Shown here: piece after piece, positions 40,627-49,899 of the stretch
Numbering within the stretch: position 1 is the stretch's first letter
How the letters are laid out: the number at the start of each line of letters is the position of its first letter
Assembly (NCBI GenBank): GCA_051532035.1
Contig: JAOPTW010000006.1
Location: forward strand, 32,001 to 96,000
Length of the DNA stretch: 64,000 bases
Origin: Fibrobacterales bacterium
GTDB lineage: Bacteria > Fibrobacterota > Fibrobacteria > Fibrobacterales > JAOPTW01
Reading direction: 5' to 3'
Notes under the pieces: generated by a model
Told to the model about the DNA's origin: nothing
What the model saw: the letters and a program-made list of their open reading frames with translations, nothing else
The model's database searches: none
Made by a program: the position numbers and the translations under genes

Positions 40627-41517
40627 TCAAAAATCGACATTAATTGTCAATTCTTGCGCTAAAATCACATCTTTCACCTTAAAAGCACTTACTTTGAGGC
40701 TCTCAATGTTTTTGCGAAAACGGGGGTCATACAATGCTTTGCCAAGGCTATTCTGCTGTGTCACTGTCTTGTTTTTCTCTTGTTCTACCAGATCCGAAAG
40801 ACTCCCTAGCTTTTCTAAAAGAAGCTCGCTATTCTGTAATATCTGATTTATATCTTCTGAGACTATTTCATGATCAAATTGTGCAATCTGAACCTCTATA
40901 GAGTTCAGCCCATACTCTATAGACTCAATAGTCGAGACTATTGTGAGCTCACTTTTCTGAGCAACATGGCTCCCACGGTCAATTAATTGTTGCGCCTTAT
41001 ACTTTAATCGCCCTAAGCTCTGCTTTGATTCATCACTAAACACAACTGAATCTAAGGTAACCGTGAGTGTCTTAATCACCTCCTGTGTTTGACCAATCAG
41101 ATGTTTAGCCTGACGGGCAAGGCCCGAAGTTCCTTTGTCACTACTCGCATAAATTGTACTTCCAGGAGCATAAACTTCTTTACTTTCGCCAAGAAGCACC
41201 GCAAGTACTCGTTTTCCAAGGAGCCCATTATTCCGAATGAAAATCTTTGAATCTATGGGAATAACAATGCGCTCATCGATAACGGCATGAACCTGTATGT
41301 ATTCTCCTGCCTGCTCAAAGTCAATGACCGCCCCTTTAGCCAAACCATTGACGGTTACATCACTTCCCTTTGATAATGTGTGTATTTCAGTACTCAAAAT
41401 TGAGTACTCTGTCTGTCCAAATCGCGGGGAATTGGGATGGTACATAAGATAGAGAAATCCAGAAATGAATAGGAGCGTCGCAACACCCACATAAAATATG
41501 GTGTCATTCCTACTCAT
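40627..41517 (-). CDS. MlaD/MCE domain protein (paralog)
   Basis: TM, LSKGSDVTVNGLAKG, NGLLGKR and a helical tail. Confidence 0.82.
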   Translation of the reverse strand: MSRNDTIFYVGVATLLFISGFLYLMYHPNSPRFGQTEYSILSTEIHTLSKGSDVTVNGLAKGAVIDFEQAGEYIQVHAVIDERIVIPIDSKIFIRNNGLLGKRVLAVLLGESKEVYAPGSTIYASSDKGTSGLARQAKHLIGQTQEVIKTLTVTLDSVVFSDESKQSLGRLKYKAQQLIDRGSHVAQKSELTIVSTIESIEYGLNSIEVQIAQFDHEIVSEDINQILQNSELLLEKLGSLSDLVEQEKNKTVTQQNSLGKALYDPRFRKNIESLKVSAFKVKDVILAQELTINVDF

Positions 41518-42538
41518 AAAAGTCTGTGCTATTCTCGTGGTCTATCGCCATATCATTATATGCATTGCTTTTTTTGGCTGCAATGATATCGATAAGCTTA
41601 TTATTAAATTCTGCGGCTGAATCTATGCCATTCATCTTCATCAACATATTCATGGCAATCACTTCTGATATGACCGTCATATTTTTACCCGGAGTTATGG
41701 GTATTTGCACGGTATTTACTGGAATACCCATAATTTGCCGTGTCGCATCACCCAACCCTGTCCGTTCATAGCTTGTTTCAGCATTCCAGAGTTGTAGATC
41801 AACGATAATCTCTACCTTTTTCACCTTACGAACTGCGTGAATACCAAACATCGATTTTATATCGATGATCCCCACTCCGCGAATCTCCATATGGTGATCA
41901 ATAATATTACTGCTTTTACCAATAATTGAATCGCCAATTCGAGTCAAGCGCACCGCATCATCAGCAACAAGTCTATGACCCCGTTCAACCAAATCAAGGG
42001 CACACTCACTTTTCCCAATATTACTTTGGCCAACATAGAGCATTCCTACCCCATATACATCTACCAGAGATGCGTGCACATTCACATATGGCGCAAACCA
42101 ATTCTCTAATATTTTTTGGAGTGACCTGATAAGAGTAATCGATGGTTTTTGACAACTCATTATAGGAATTTTAAGTTCGGAACACATCTCGACAAGTTCA
42201 ACATGCGCCGGTAGGTCATGGGTCACGATCCATAGCGGTGATGGATACTTTTTGAGACGATCAAAAATTTCCATGCGCCGATCTTTTCCTACAGACTCCA
42301 AATAGGACCATTCTGTAGTGCCAATAAGCTGAACTCGTTGATGAGTATAGACATCAAGAAAACCGGCCAGGGCCATCCCCGGGCGGTTAATATAGGGCTC
42401 AGTAATCTTAGAATCAAGAGTCTCAGCCCCATTTAATAATTGTAATTTGAATTCCTCTTGATAGCGCGTATAAAAATCTCGAACGAGATATTTTCGTTTA
42501 CACACTACCTCGAGGTTATCAAGAGCATTTTGTTTCAA
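41510..42538 (-). CDS. hprK: HPr(Ser) kinase/phosphorylase
   Basis: INRPG, GQSNIGKSECALDLVERGHRLVADD and MEIRGVGII motifs. Confidence 0.96.
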   Translation of the reverse strand: MKQNALDNLEVVCKRKYLVRDFYTRYQEEFKLQLLNGAETLDSKITEPYINRPGMALAGFLDVYTHQRVQLIGTTEWSYLESVGKDRRMEIFDRLKKYPSPLWIVTHDLPAHVELVEMCSELKIPIMSCQKPSITLIRSLQKILENWFAPYVNVHASLVDVYGVGMLYVGQSNIGKSECALDLVERGHRLVADDAVRLTRIGDSIIGKSSNIIDHHMEIRGVGIIDIKSMFGIHAVRKVKKVEIIVDLQLWNAETSYERTGLGDATRQIMGIPVNTVQIPITPGKNMTVISEVIAMNMLMKMNGIDSAAEFNNKLIDIIAAKKSNAYNDMAIDHENSTDFYE

Positions 42539-42546
42539 TGGTTGAC

Positions 42547-42867
42547 TTAACCCTCCACCATATCTGCAGTTGGATTCGCTTTATGTGATTTTAAAAGCTC
42601 ATTCTCTTTTTTTAGTTGGCGTTGCATCCGTTCGAGTACTTTTTCGACAGCTTTCCCCATATTCTCTTCTTCCGCTTTAGCCACAACTGTTTTATTAAGG
42701 ATATTTACCGTGATCTCAGCCGAACGTGAACTTTTATGTTGCTCAAGGATAACATGAGCATCGATAATATTGTTGTAAAACTGAGACAGAGCCTGAACAT
42801 CTGCGGTCATATTATCTTGCAGTTCTTGAGAAGCGTGAAAATGTCTGGCTGTAAATTGAACGTTCAT
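42547..42867 (-). CDS. hpf: Ribosome hibernation promoting factor (HPF/RaiA)
   Basis: MNVQFTARH N-terminus and RQLKK motif; lies downstream of rpoN. Confidence 0.88.
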   Translation of the reverse strand: MNVQFTARHFHASQELQDNMTADVQALSQFYNNIIDAHVILEQHKSSRSAEITVNILNKTVVAKAEEENMGKAVEKVLERMQRQLKKENELLKSHKANPTADMVEG

Positions 42868-43124
42868 AGGTATTCTCCATTGTTATGTGAATGAGACCTC
42901 GTTTAAGTCATTAAGATTATGCAACTTAACACCACCTCATAGTACTAGTATACATTAGTTTTAAACTTTAAAAAAGTACTATTTTAATTTTTTTCCATCT
43001 TTAGAAACGTTTTGACAGTCACGGTATAAAGATCATACTTTTAAGGATGTATTCTCACAAAATGGTCAAATTATTGATTAAAGGGTCTCCCAAGGACTTA
43101 ATCAACCAACAACACCCACCCTGT

Positions 43125-44588
43125 TTAAAACTTTTTGCGCATGCGAGCAGGCAAAATATTGAGCTGTTCTCGATATTTTGCAACCGTTCTTCGGGCAACT
43201 TCTATACCCTTCACTTTAAGGGCTTCGACAATTTTCTGATCACTCAAAGGTTTTTTAGGATCTTCATTTTCAATGGTGTCCTTGATCGACCCTTTGGTCC
43301 GTTCTGCAGAGACCTCCGACCCATCTTTCTGGGTCACACTCGATGTAAAAAACTTTTTTAGTTCAAATATCCCCATGTCGGTCTGTACATATTTACCGTT
43401 TGTCACTCGGTTTACAGTTGAGATATGCATCTCAATTTTATCAGCGATATCTTGAAGGATAAGAGGCTTAAGAAATGATGGCCCTTTAAAAAAGAACTCG
43501 TGTTGCACCTCGACAATTGCCTGAGTCACTTTGAGAATAGTCGACTTTCTTTGGTCAATACTCCGCATGAGCCAATTTGCAGAATTGAGCTTCTGCTTTA
43601 CAAACTGCTTCTCTTCCCCTTTAAGCTTGCTGCCCTTTTGAAGAATAGAGCTATAAGCTTTAGAAATACGCAAATTTGGTACGCTTTTATCATTGAGGTA
43701 TACCATCAATTTCCCCTCAACATTTTCTACAGCTACATCGGGAATTACTGTTGCACTCCCACCATCGCCAATTGCTTGCCCAGGCTTTGGATTGAGTCGT
43801 GCAATATCACCGAGAGCTTTTTGAATCTCTGACGTCGAGGTATCATATTTTTTCGCAAGATTAGAGACCTGCAATTTTTGCAGCATCCCATAACTCTCTT
43901 CGATAATTTTTATACTGAATATCGAATCAAAAACTTCTTTACGCGCCTGAAGTAACAAACACTCCTGTACTGAGGTTGCCCCAACTCCTGTCGGAGTGAA
44001 AGATTGCAATACATGAAATGCTTCACGCACATCATTGCTCACCTCAAATAAACTCTTCTCACCACTAATAACCGACTCTATCTCACCATAAGAGATGTTA
44101 CTCGGAGCAGGTATATCTTCGCCAAGCTCACGGATGAGTAACCCATCTGCATTAAGACTATATATCAGATATTCAACCAAGTCGGTCAATTCTGTAGATA
44201 GCTTACGATCTTCGAGCTGTCCCATCAGATAGTCTTCAAGGTTTTCCGAATAGACAATAGGACGTTCATACTGTTCATTTGGGTCGGGGCGTGAGTCCAT
44301 AGACTGCATGCCATAATCAAAGCCATCGTTCAGATATTCATCCCAATCGATCTCTTCTTTGGCCTCTTGAATCTCTTCAAGCTCACTCTCTTTAGTCTCG
44401 GTAGCCTCTTCTTTTACATCCTCGACTTCACTTTCAATTTCAAGTATAGGGTTTACTTCCAACTCTTGTTGTACCATGAGTTCTAACTCTTGAGAGGTCA
44501 CCTGAAGTAACTTCAAAGATTGAATCATCTGGGGCGAGAGTTTCTGCTCCAGTTTTGCACTTATATTAAGTTGTAATCCTAAATCCAT
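43125..44588 (-). CDS. rpoN: RNA polymerase sigma-54
   Basis: QSLKLLQ, HISTVNRV and the RpoN box ARRTVAKYRE. Confidence 0.97.
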   Translation of the reverse strand: MDLGLQLNISAKLEQKLSPQMIQSLKLLQVTSQELELMVQQELEVNPILEIESEVEDVKEEATETKESELEEIQEAKEEIDWDEYLNDGFDYGMQSMDSRPDPNEQYERPIVYSENLEDYLMGQLEDRKLSTELTDLVEYLIYSLNADGLLIRELGEDIPAPSNISYGEIESVISGEKSLFEVSNDVREAFHVLQSFTPTGVGATSVQECLLLQARKEVFDSIFSIKIIEESYGMLQKLQVSNLAKKYDTSTSEIQKALGDIARLNPKPGQAIGDGGSATVIPDVAVENVEGKLMVYLNDKSVPNLRISKAYSSILQKGSKLKGEEKQFVKQKLNSANWLMRSIDQRKSTILKVTQAIVEVQHEFFFKGPSFLKPLILQDIADKIEMHISTVNRVTNGKYVQTDMGIFELKKFFTSSVTQKDGSEVSAERTKGSIKDTIENEDPKKPLSDQKIVEALKVKGIEVARRTVAKYREQLNILPARMRKKF

Positions 44589-44597
44589 AGTTCTCTC

Positions 44598-45362
44598 TTA
44601 TAAACTAAATGATTGGCCAAGATAAATTCGCTTAGCATCTTCATCATTAGCAAGATGATCTGCAGTACCTTCAATAAGCACTCGCCCTTGAAACATTATA
44701 TAAGCTCTATCTGTAATAGCCAATGTCTCTCTCACACTGTGATCAGTTATGAGAATACCCATGTTGTCATTTTTTAATTTTGAAATAATAGACTGAATAT
44801 CTTCAACCGCAATAGGATCAATACCTGCAAAGGGCTCATCCAACAATAAAAAATCGGGTTCCGATGCAAGAGCTCGTGCAATTTCGAGACGACGGCGCTC
44901 ACCACCAGAGAGAGAGTAGGCTTTACTCTTTCGTAATCGAGTGATTTTAAAATCTTCGAGTAAAAACTCGAGACGCTCTTTACGCTCTTTTTTATTCTTC
45001 TTCATAGTTTGGAGAATAGCCATGATATTATCTTCTACGGAGAGCTTTCGAAAGATTGATGCTTCTTGTGGAAGATAGCCAAGCCCCAAACGAGCCCGCT
45101 TATACATTGGAATTTTGGTGACATCGTGATCATCAAGATACACCACGCCGCCTGACGGTTTAACCATTCCTGCCATCATATAAAAACTCGTTGTCTTACC
45201 GGCACCATTAGGCCCCAGTAACCCCACAACTTCACCTTGGGTAACTCGAATAGAGACCCCATCCACCACCTTACGATCACCATACACTTTTATGAGGTGC
45301 TCTGTGCGAATTGTTCTTCCTAAATTCTCTACCATATATTCCAACTTTATATCAGGCAGCAA
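44598..45362 (-). CDS. lptB: LPS export ABC ATPase (start may be 45335)
   Basis: [35 protein letters not shown] and DEPFAGIDP motifs. Confidence 0.96.
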   Translation of the reverse strand: MLPDIKLEYMVENLGRTIRTEHLIKVYGDRKVVDGVSIRVTQGEVVGLLGPNGAGKTTSFYMMAGMVKPSGGVVYLDDHDVTKIPMYKRARLGLGYLPQEASIFRKLSVEDNIMAILQTMKKNKKERKERLEFLLEDFKITRLRKSKAYSLSGGERRRLEIARALASEPDFLLLDEPFAGIDPIAVEDIQSIISKLKNDNMGILITDHSVRETLAITDRAYIMFQGRVLIEGTADHLANDEDAKRIYLGQSFSL

Positions 45363-45371
45363 TGAACTGCC

Positions 45372-46547
45372 CTACTTAACTATTGAGTCCTTTGCCTCTA
45401 ACTCCGTACCAAGAGGTACTGGCGAAACCGCACTCTCTTTTTTCTCACCTGAGTAAATTCCTTGAGACACATTACCTTTTAAAGTAAAACCACTTATTGC
45501 TCGGTTTTTAAAGTTAAGCCAGATCGTGTCACCCACGGCATCATTCTTACCTTCAAATTTCCCTTTCTCACTAAAATAGTGATAGAGAGTGCTCGCCTGT
45601 TCCCAAATTTTTATGGTATCAAGCATTCCTCGTTTCATAATCATCTTGAGAGCATTGCCCTTCATTTTATTAATATATTCGGGACGATCGTCTCTATAAT
45701 TTTTACTCTCAGCACTCCCGATAACCTCAAGATTACTAATGTACGAATTTTCAAATTCAACAATAAGTGAATCTCCCACAATTTCAGAGATATCATAAGA
45801 ACCACTCACACTTTTATCTCTCTTTAATCCCTTGGCTCCCTGAACTACCTCTATCCGTCGAATGGTATCCTTGTCCATAAAAATTCTCATAAGAGAACCT
45901 TCAATCTCAAACTGTTCAATTATCGCCTTTGGAGAACCTTTCAACGTAAGTTCACCCTTCTCAATATTATAAATTGCGGTATCACATGAAATAGACATCT
46001 TCTCTTGGGTAACGGTCACCCCATGTATTGCATGAGCCACTTGGAGAGAATCATTAAATTCAAGTAATTCGGCTTTAATCTCTAGAGTATCATCTTTACC
46101 CTCATCACCCGGTAACAGGCGGCGAATCATTGGATTTATTCTTACTTGAGTAAGCTTTTTATCTTGATAATAGTCAAGCTCACCTCCATAGAGAAACAGT
46201 GATGATGCCGAATCTCGTGCAACAACATTTCCTTTTGCATTTACTCTATTATCGGCCTTTTGGTAAAAGCCACTTTTCGCCGTGAGTTGCCCTTTAGGGT
46301 GACGAAATCGAAACCCTCCATCACAGTAGAGAGCATCTTTCTTACTATCCCAAGTTGCAGATTCAGTATAAAACCGAGCATCTCCTCGTTTAAATCTAAT
46401 GCCTCCCTCTAGAAGATAACTTCCAGAACTACCAGAACCTCGAAAGTTATCTGCATGTTCCATAATAAGGGGTTCTACTGCAAAACCTATTTCGCAGACT
46501 ATAAAGAGAACCAAAAAAGAGAGTGTGTACCAATTCACGTGTTTCAT
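45372..46547 (-). CDS. LptA/OstA-like beta-jellyroll protein (long form)
   Basis: Signal peptide and OstA-like repeats; located between lptC and lptB. Confidence 0.75.
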   Translation of the reverse strand: MKHVNWYTLSFLVLFIVCEIGFAVEPLIMEHADNFRGSGSSGSYLLEGGIRFKRGDARFYTESATWDSKKDALYCDGGFRFRHPKGQLTAKSGFYQKADNRVNAKGNVVARDSASSLFLYGGELDYYQDKKLTQVRINPMIRRLLPGDEGKDDTLEIKAELLEFNDSLQVAHAIHGVTVTQEKMSISCDTAIYNIEKGELTLKGSPKAIIEQFEIEGSLMRIFMDKDTIRRIEVVQGAKGLKRDKSVSGSYDISEIVGDSLIVEFENSYISNLEVIGSAESKNYRDDRPEYINKMKGNALKMIMKRGMLDTIKIWEQASTLYHYFSEKGKFEGKNDAVGDTIWLNFKNRAISGFTLKGNVSQGIYSGEKKESAVSPVPLGTELEAKDSIVK

Positions 46548-46644
46548 ACGCTTAAAATAAAAATTTCCTATGGAAAATACCTCAATTCACTATTAATTGG
46601 TATGAATTTTGCTTTATTTCATAAAATTCGATCTGATTTTTGGA

Positions 46645-47235
46645 TTATTTCGCTGAAGGTGGAAGAGTATCACTCCCTTCTACCGCCTCTAAGCCATCGT
46701 CTACATTCTGTAATATTGCAGTAACCCCCGATAGAATGCGCCAATCTTTTAAATCGACATCAGAGATAAATCCCGTACCAGTGAGCACATCACCATCTTC
46801 CGAAATGACCCGCACACGACTATCAGTCGTAATACGATTTGAACGTTTATCCCATGTTAGGGAATCGGCCTTGATAGAAGCCCCTTGTTGAGTCTTAAGG
46901 AACACATCACCTTTTGCTACAATAAAAGTGAGATTATTATCAATGGTACCCGAATCTGCCTGAACCACCCCTGTTTCAACTCCAAGTGAGTCAAATATGA
47001 CCACATTTATTGGGCGTGCAAATATTTTTTCATCACCACTCCATCGCTCGAGATATTGGGTGCGTAACACCCAGAGTAATTTGTCTTTATCAAAATACTC
47101 CATTGTTGTTGTACTATCAAAAAGCATACTCGGGCGCGGTGTAATGGTTATTTTTTTCTCTTCATTGAGCTCTAATTTACTGCACGAAACAGTCATCATC
47201 GCCAAAAAAGCTACAATAATCCATAAAAGTTTCAT
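46645..47235 (-). CDS. lptC: LPS export protein LptC
   Basis: Lipobox TVSC, KADSLTWD and GTGFISD jellyroll motifs; operon context. Confidence 0.8.
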   Translation of the reverse strand: MKLLWIIVAFLAMMTVSCSKLELNEEKKITITPRPSMLFDSTTTMEYFDKDKLLWVLRTQYLERWSGDEKIFARPINVVIFDSLGVETGVVQADSGTIDNNLTFIVAKGDVFLKTQQGASIKADSLTWDKRSNRITTDSRVRVISEDGDVLTGTGFISDVDLKDWRILSGVTAILQNVDDGLEAVEGSDTLPPSAK

Positions 47236-47376
47236 AATTATCCTTACAAAAGAGCACAACCACCACAGGGGGCCCTAAATAAATGTAACAAATCAGCGCA
47301 TTTTGAGGTGTATTGACCATACTTTTACCTCAGCCCACTATTCCCCCATCATTTTCAGAAATAGTAACTTTTTACT

Positions 47377-47403
47377 CAAGATTCTTTAAGGTCTGGTCGA
47401 TAT
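47377..47403 (+). promoter_or_regulatory. Sigma-28-like promoter
   Basis: CAAG-N15-GTCGATAT. Confidence 0.5.
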
Positions 47404-47409
47404 GATATG

Positions 47410-47537
47410 AGAAGGAATTGGTGTATTGTAAAAGGGCTAATTTCTTTCACATCATTTTTGGAGGACTCTTCCCCTTTGACTTCCGAATTTGATACTCTCC
47501 GATCATAAGGCAAATATCCCTGATATTTGCCTTTTTT
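47410..47537 (+). ncRNA. Candidate ~125-nt sRNA
   Basis: Lies between the sigma-28-like promoter and a strong orphan terminator; has an 11-bp 5' hairpin. Confidence 0.5.
47507..47537 (+). terminator. Rho-independent terminator with no upstream + strand gene
   Basis: AAGGCAAATATC-CCT-GATATTTGCCTT followed by a T run. Confidence 0.8.
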
Positions 47538-47586
47538 CTATCCCTTTTTTTTATAATTTGCACAGACACACTAGTGGAATACCTCT

Positions 47587-47889
47587 ATGGCCAACTCTAT
47601 ATTTGAGAAATTAAAAAATACAATCATTGAAGGTGCTACATTTTCGGCGGCCAAAGCTGAAGAAGCGGCCCGAAAAGGGAAGTTGCATCTCGATATTTTA
47701 ACTGAAAAACGCAAATTAGCCACGACCTTTGAAAAGCTTGGCAAAATAACTGTCTCAGCCATTGAAGACAATACTCTTGATTCTCTTAAAGAAGATGTTG
47801 ATTCTATTGCTATCCTCGGCGAAATCAAAGTGTTACAAGATAAAATAACTGAACTTACCACAGTTCACGAAGAACCAAAAAGCGAATAA
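47587..47889 (+). CDS. Hypothetical coiled-coil protein
   Basis: 100-aa ORF translationally coupled (TAATG) to the M23 gene. Confidence 0.75.
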   Translation: MANSIFEKLKNTIIEGATFSAAKAEEAARKGKLHLDILTEKRKLATTFEKLGKITVSAIEDNTLDSLKEDVDSIAILGEIKVLQDKITELTTVHEEPKSE

Positions 47890-48749
47890 TGAAAAAAATA
47901 GACCTTGAGGTGTATCCCACCAACAATAGCAATGAAAAATTTCAACCAAAATACTTTGAAATTACCGCCACACGTATTGGTGTCGTGCTCATCCTCATAG
48001 GACTCTCAGTTTCTGGTTTTCTCTTTTTCGACTACGAAACAATCTACAACAATCTCTTTAGCCCACAACTTGAAGCTATTAAAGCAAATAATGCACGACT
48101 TGAAGCAACCCTTGTCGAGACAACAGAACAACTCAATGTTGTAAAACAGAATGTATACTCAATAAAAAAAATCAACCAGAAAGTGACGGCACTTGCTGGA
48201 AAAGACTCTCTCACCACCCTTATTAATGGAGAAGGCCTGGACTCTCTCGAGCTCCCTAAACTCCACTATCAAATATTCAATTTAAAACACTCTTACCACA
48301 CAACGGACTCTCTTTTCAAGAGAAACCCAAACTGGAGAGCTTCTATACCCGTCATTCACCCACTTAAAAAGAACTTTTCTATCTCTAACTATTTTGCCAA
48401 TAACCTTGACCCCTTTACAGGTAAACACATGCCACACCTTGGTATTGACTATGTGAGTTCTCTTAAAGATATCGTTATTGCGACAGGGGGCGGCACCATA
48501 GCAGAGTCTGATAAAAATGACCTCTTTGGCCATTATGTTTTAATCCACCACTATGGTACTATTTATAGTTTTTATGCACACCTTAATCAACGTTCGGTGC
48601 GCCAAGGCAACCGTGTCAAACGTGGAGATACTATTGGTCGTTTAGGGAACAGTGGGCGTTCATCAGGGCCTCACCTTCATTATGAAGTGAGAATTGGGAA
48701 ACAGCGCGTCAATCCATTGAACTACATTTTATCCGACCTTCCTAATTAA
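47889..48749 (+). CDS. M23 family metallopeptidase
   Basis: TM and coiled coil; HLGID, YAHL and SSGPHLHYEV motifs. Confidence 0.92.
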   Translation: MKKIDLEVYPTNNSNEKFQPKYFEITATRIGVVLILIGLSVSGFLFFDYETIYNNLFSPQLEAIKANNARLEATLVETTEQLNVVKQNVYSIKKINQKVTALAGKDSLTTLINGEGLDSLELPKLHYQIFNLKHSYHTTDSLFKRNPNWRASIPVIHPLKKNFSISNYFANNLDPFTGKHMPHLGIDYVSSLKDIVIATGGGTIAESDKNDLFGHYVLIHHYGTIYSFYAHLNQRSVRQGNRVKRGDTIGRLGNSGRSSGPHLHYEVRIGKQRVNPLNYILSDLPN

Positions 48750-48885
48750 CAGCAGTTATTCAGCGATACATCATCAAAGAGTTAGGTCCTATATATTACC
48801 TCTATTCTTAAGAAGAATGAGTGCTCCCCACACTATGCCACTATGTGTGTCGTAATAGAATGCCATTAATTTGACTATAATTTAT

Positions 48886-49248
48886 CTATGGTAAAAACGA
48901 GCGAACTTTACTGAGAAATTCTTTTCGGAAAAAAGGTTTTGAAATATACCCATCCATTCCTTGTGAAAGAATTTTCTCTTTATCGCCTTTCATTGCCAAT
49001 GCAGTGAGTGCAACAATTTTGATATGACCCATTTCAGGGTCCTCTTTGACAAGTCGCGCCGCTGTAAGACCATCCATTTTTGGAAGTTGCAGATCCATAA
49101 GAATAAGGTCAGGCTTCTCTTTTTTGGCTATTTGAATACCAATAGGAGCTTCTTCTGCACCAAATACCTCATGCTTTTCAGTCTCTAATATAAGGCGTGC
49201 CAATGCGAGATTATCTTGATTGTCTTCTATAATTAAGATTTTTGCCAT
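48886..49248 (-). CDS. Single-domain response regulator (DivK-like)
   Basis: MAKILIIEDN, PDLILMDLQLP, ALTA and SKP motifs. Confidence 0.92.
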   Translation of the reverse strand: MAKILIIEDNQDNLALARLILETEKHEVFGAEEAPIGIQIAKKEKPDLILMDLQLPKMDGLTAARLVKEDPEMGHIKIVALTALAMKGDKEKILSQGMDGYISKPFFRKEFLSKVRSFLP

Positions 49249-49279
49249 AATGTAGAACAGGTACCTTGGTACAGTGATA

Positions 49280-49642
49280 CTATTGCAGTATCCCTTCAAC
49301 CGTTTTTAAAAACTCTTTGTAGCGAATAGGTTTCGCAACATATCCATCACACCCACAGTTTATGCTCTTTTCCAAATCACCGTGCACTGCATAAGCAGTA
49401 ATTGCAATAATCTTGATATGACTTGTTTTAGGGTCATTTTTTAGAATTTGAGTCGCCTCTTTACCACTCATTTCCGGAAGCTGAATATCCATAAGAATGA
49501 GATCAGGCTGTTCATCTTGTGCCAAAATAATACCCTGCTCAGCATACGTTGCCTGACGTACTTCATACCCACTTTTAGTCAGTATCAGCGTAACCATTTT
49601 CATGTTATGCGGATTATCTTCAATGACTAATATTTTTTTCAT
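49280..49642 (-). CDS. Single-domain response regulator (DivK-like)
   Basis: KKILVIEDN, PDLILMDIQLP, AITAYA and AKPI motifs. Confidence 0.92.
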   Translation of the reverse strand: MKKILVIEDNPHNMKMVTLILTKSGYEVRQATYAEQGIILAQDEQPDLILMDIQLPEMSGKEATQILKNDPKTSHIKIIAITAYAVHGDLEKSINCGCDGYVAKPIRYKEFLKTVEGILQ

Positions 49643-49832
49643 AAGCGCTCAATCACAAGTGGGGCGGGTTCCAAAACAGTGTACTATAATATTGTATATT
49701 TAACAATATTATAGAGATAAACTCCCCTTTTTTTAGCCTTTTCCCCATTTCATGCCCCCAAAAGGTTCTGAAAATGACTTCAGAAAAGGAGTATTACATA
49801 GGACAAAGCCTAAAAACTATAGGGGTATATAT

Positions 49833-49864
49833 AAAAAGCACAAGGAATTCACCTTATGCTTTTT
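49833..49864. terminator. Intrinsic terminator downstream of the TrmH-family gene
   Basis: AAAAAGCACAAGG-AATTCA-CCTTATGCTTTTT. Confidence 0.65.
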
Positions 49865-49899
49865 GATCATTACTTCTTTCGATACTCTTTAGGTTGCCG

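Noticed and set aside
42919..42938. Possible sigma-54 promoter (TGGTGT...TTGC) before hpf
   Set aside because: GG-to-GC spacing is 9 or 12 nt, not the required 10.
47407..47508. 33-aa ORF MRRNWCIV...
   Set aside because: No SD, and the ATG is only 3 nt after the putative -10, likely upstream of the TSS; kept only as an alternative to the sRNA.
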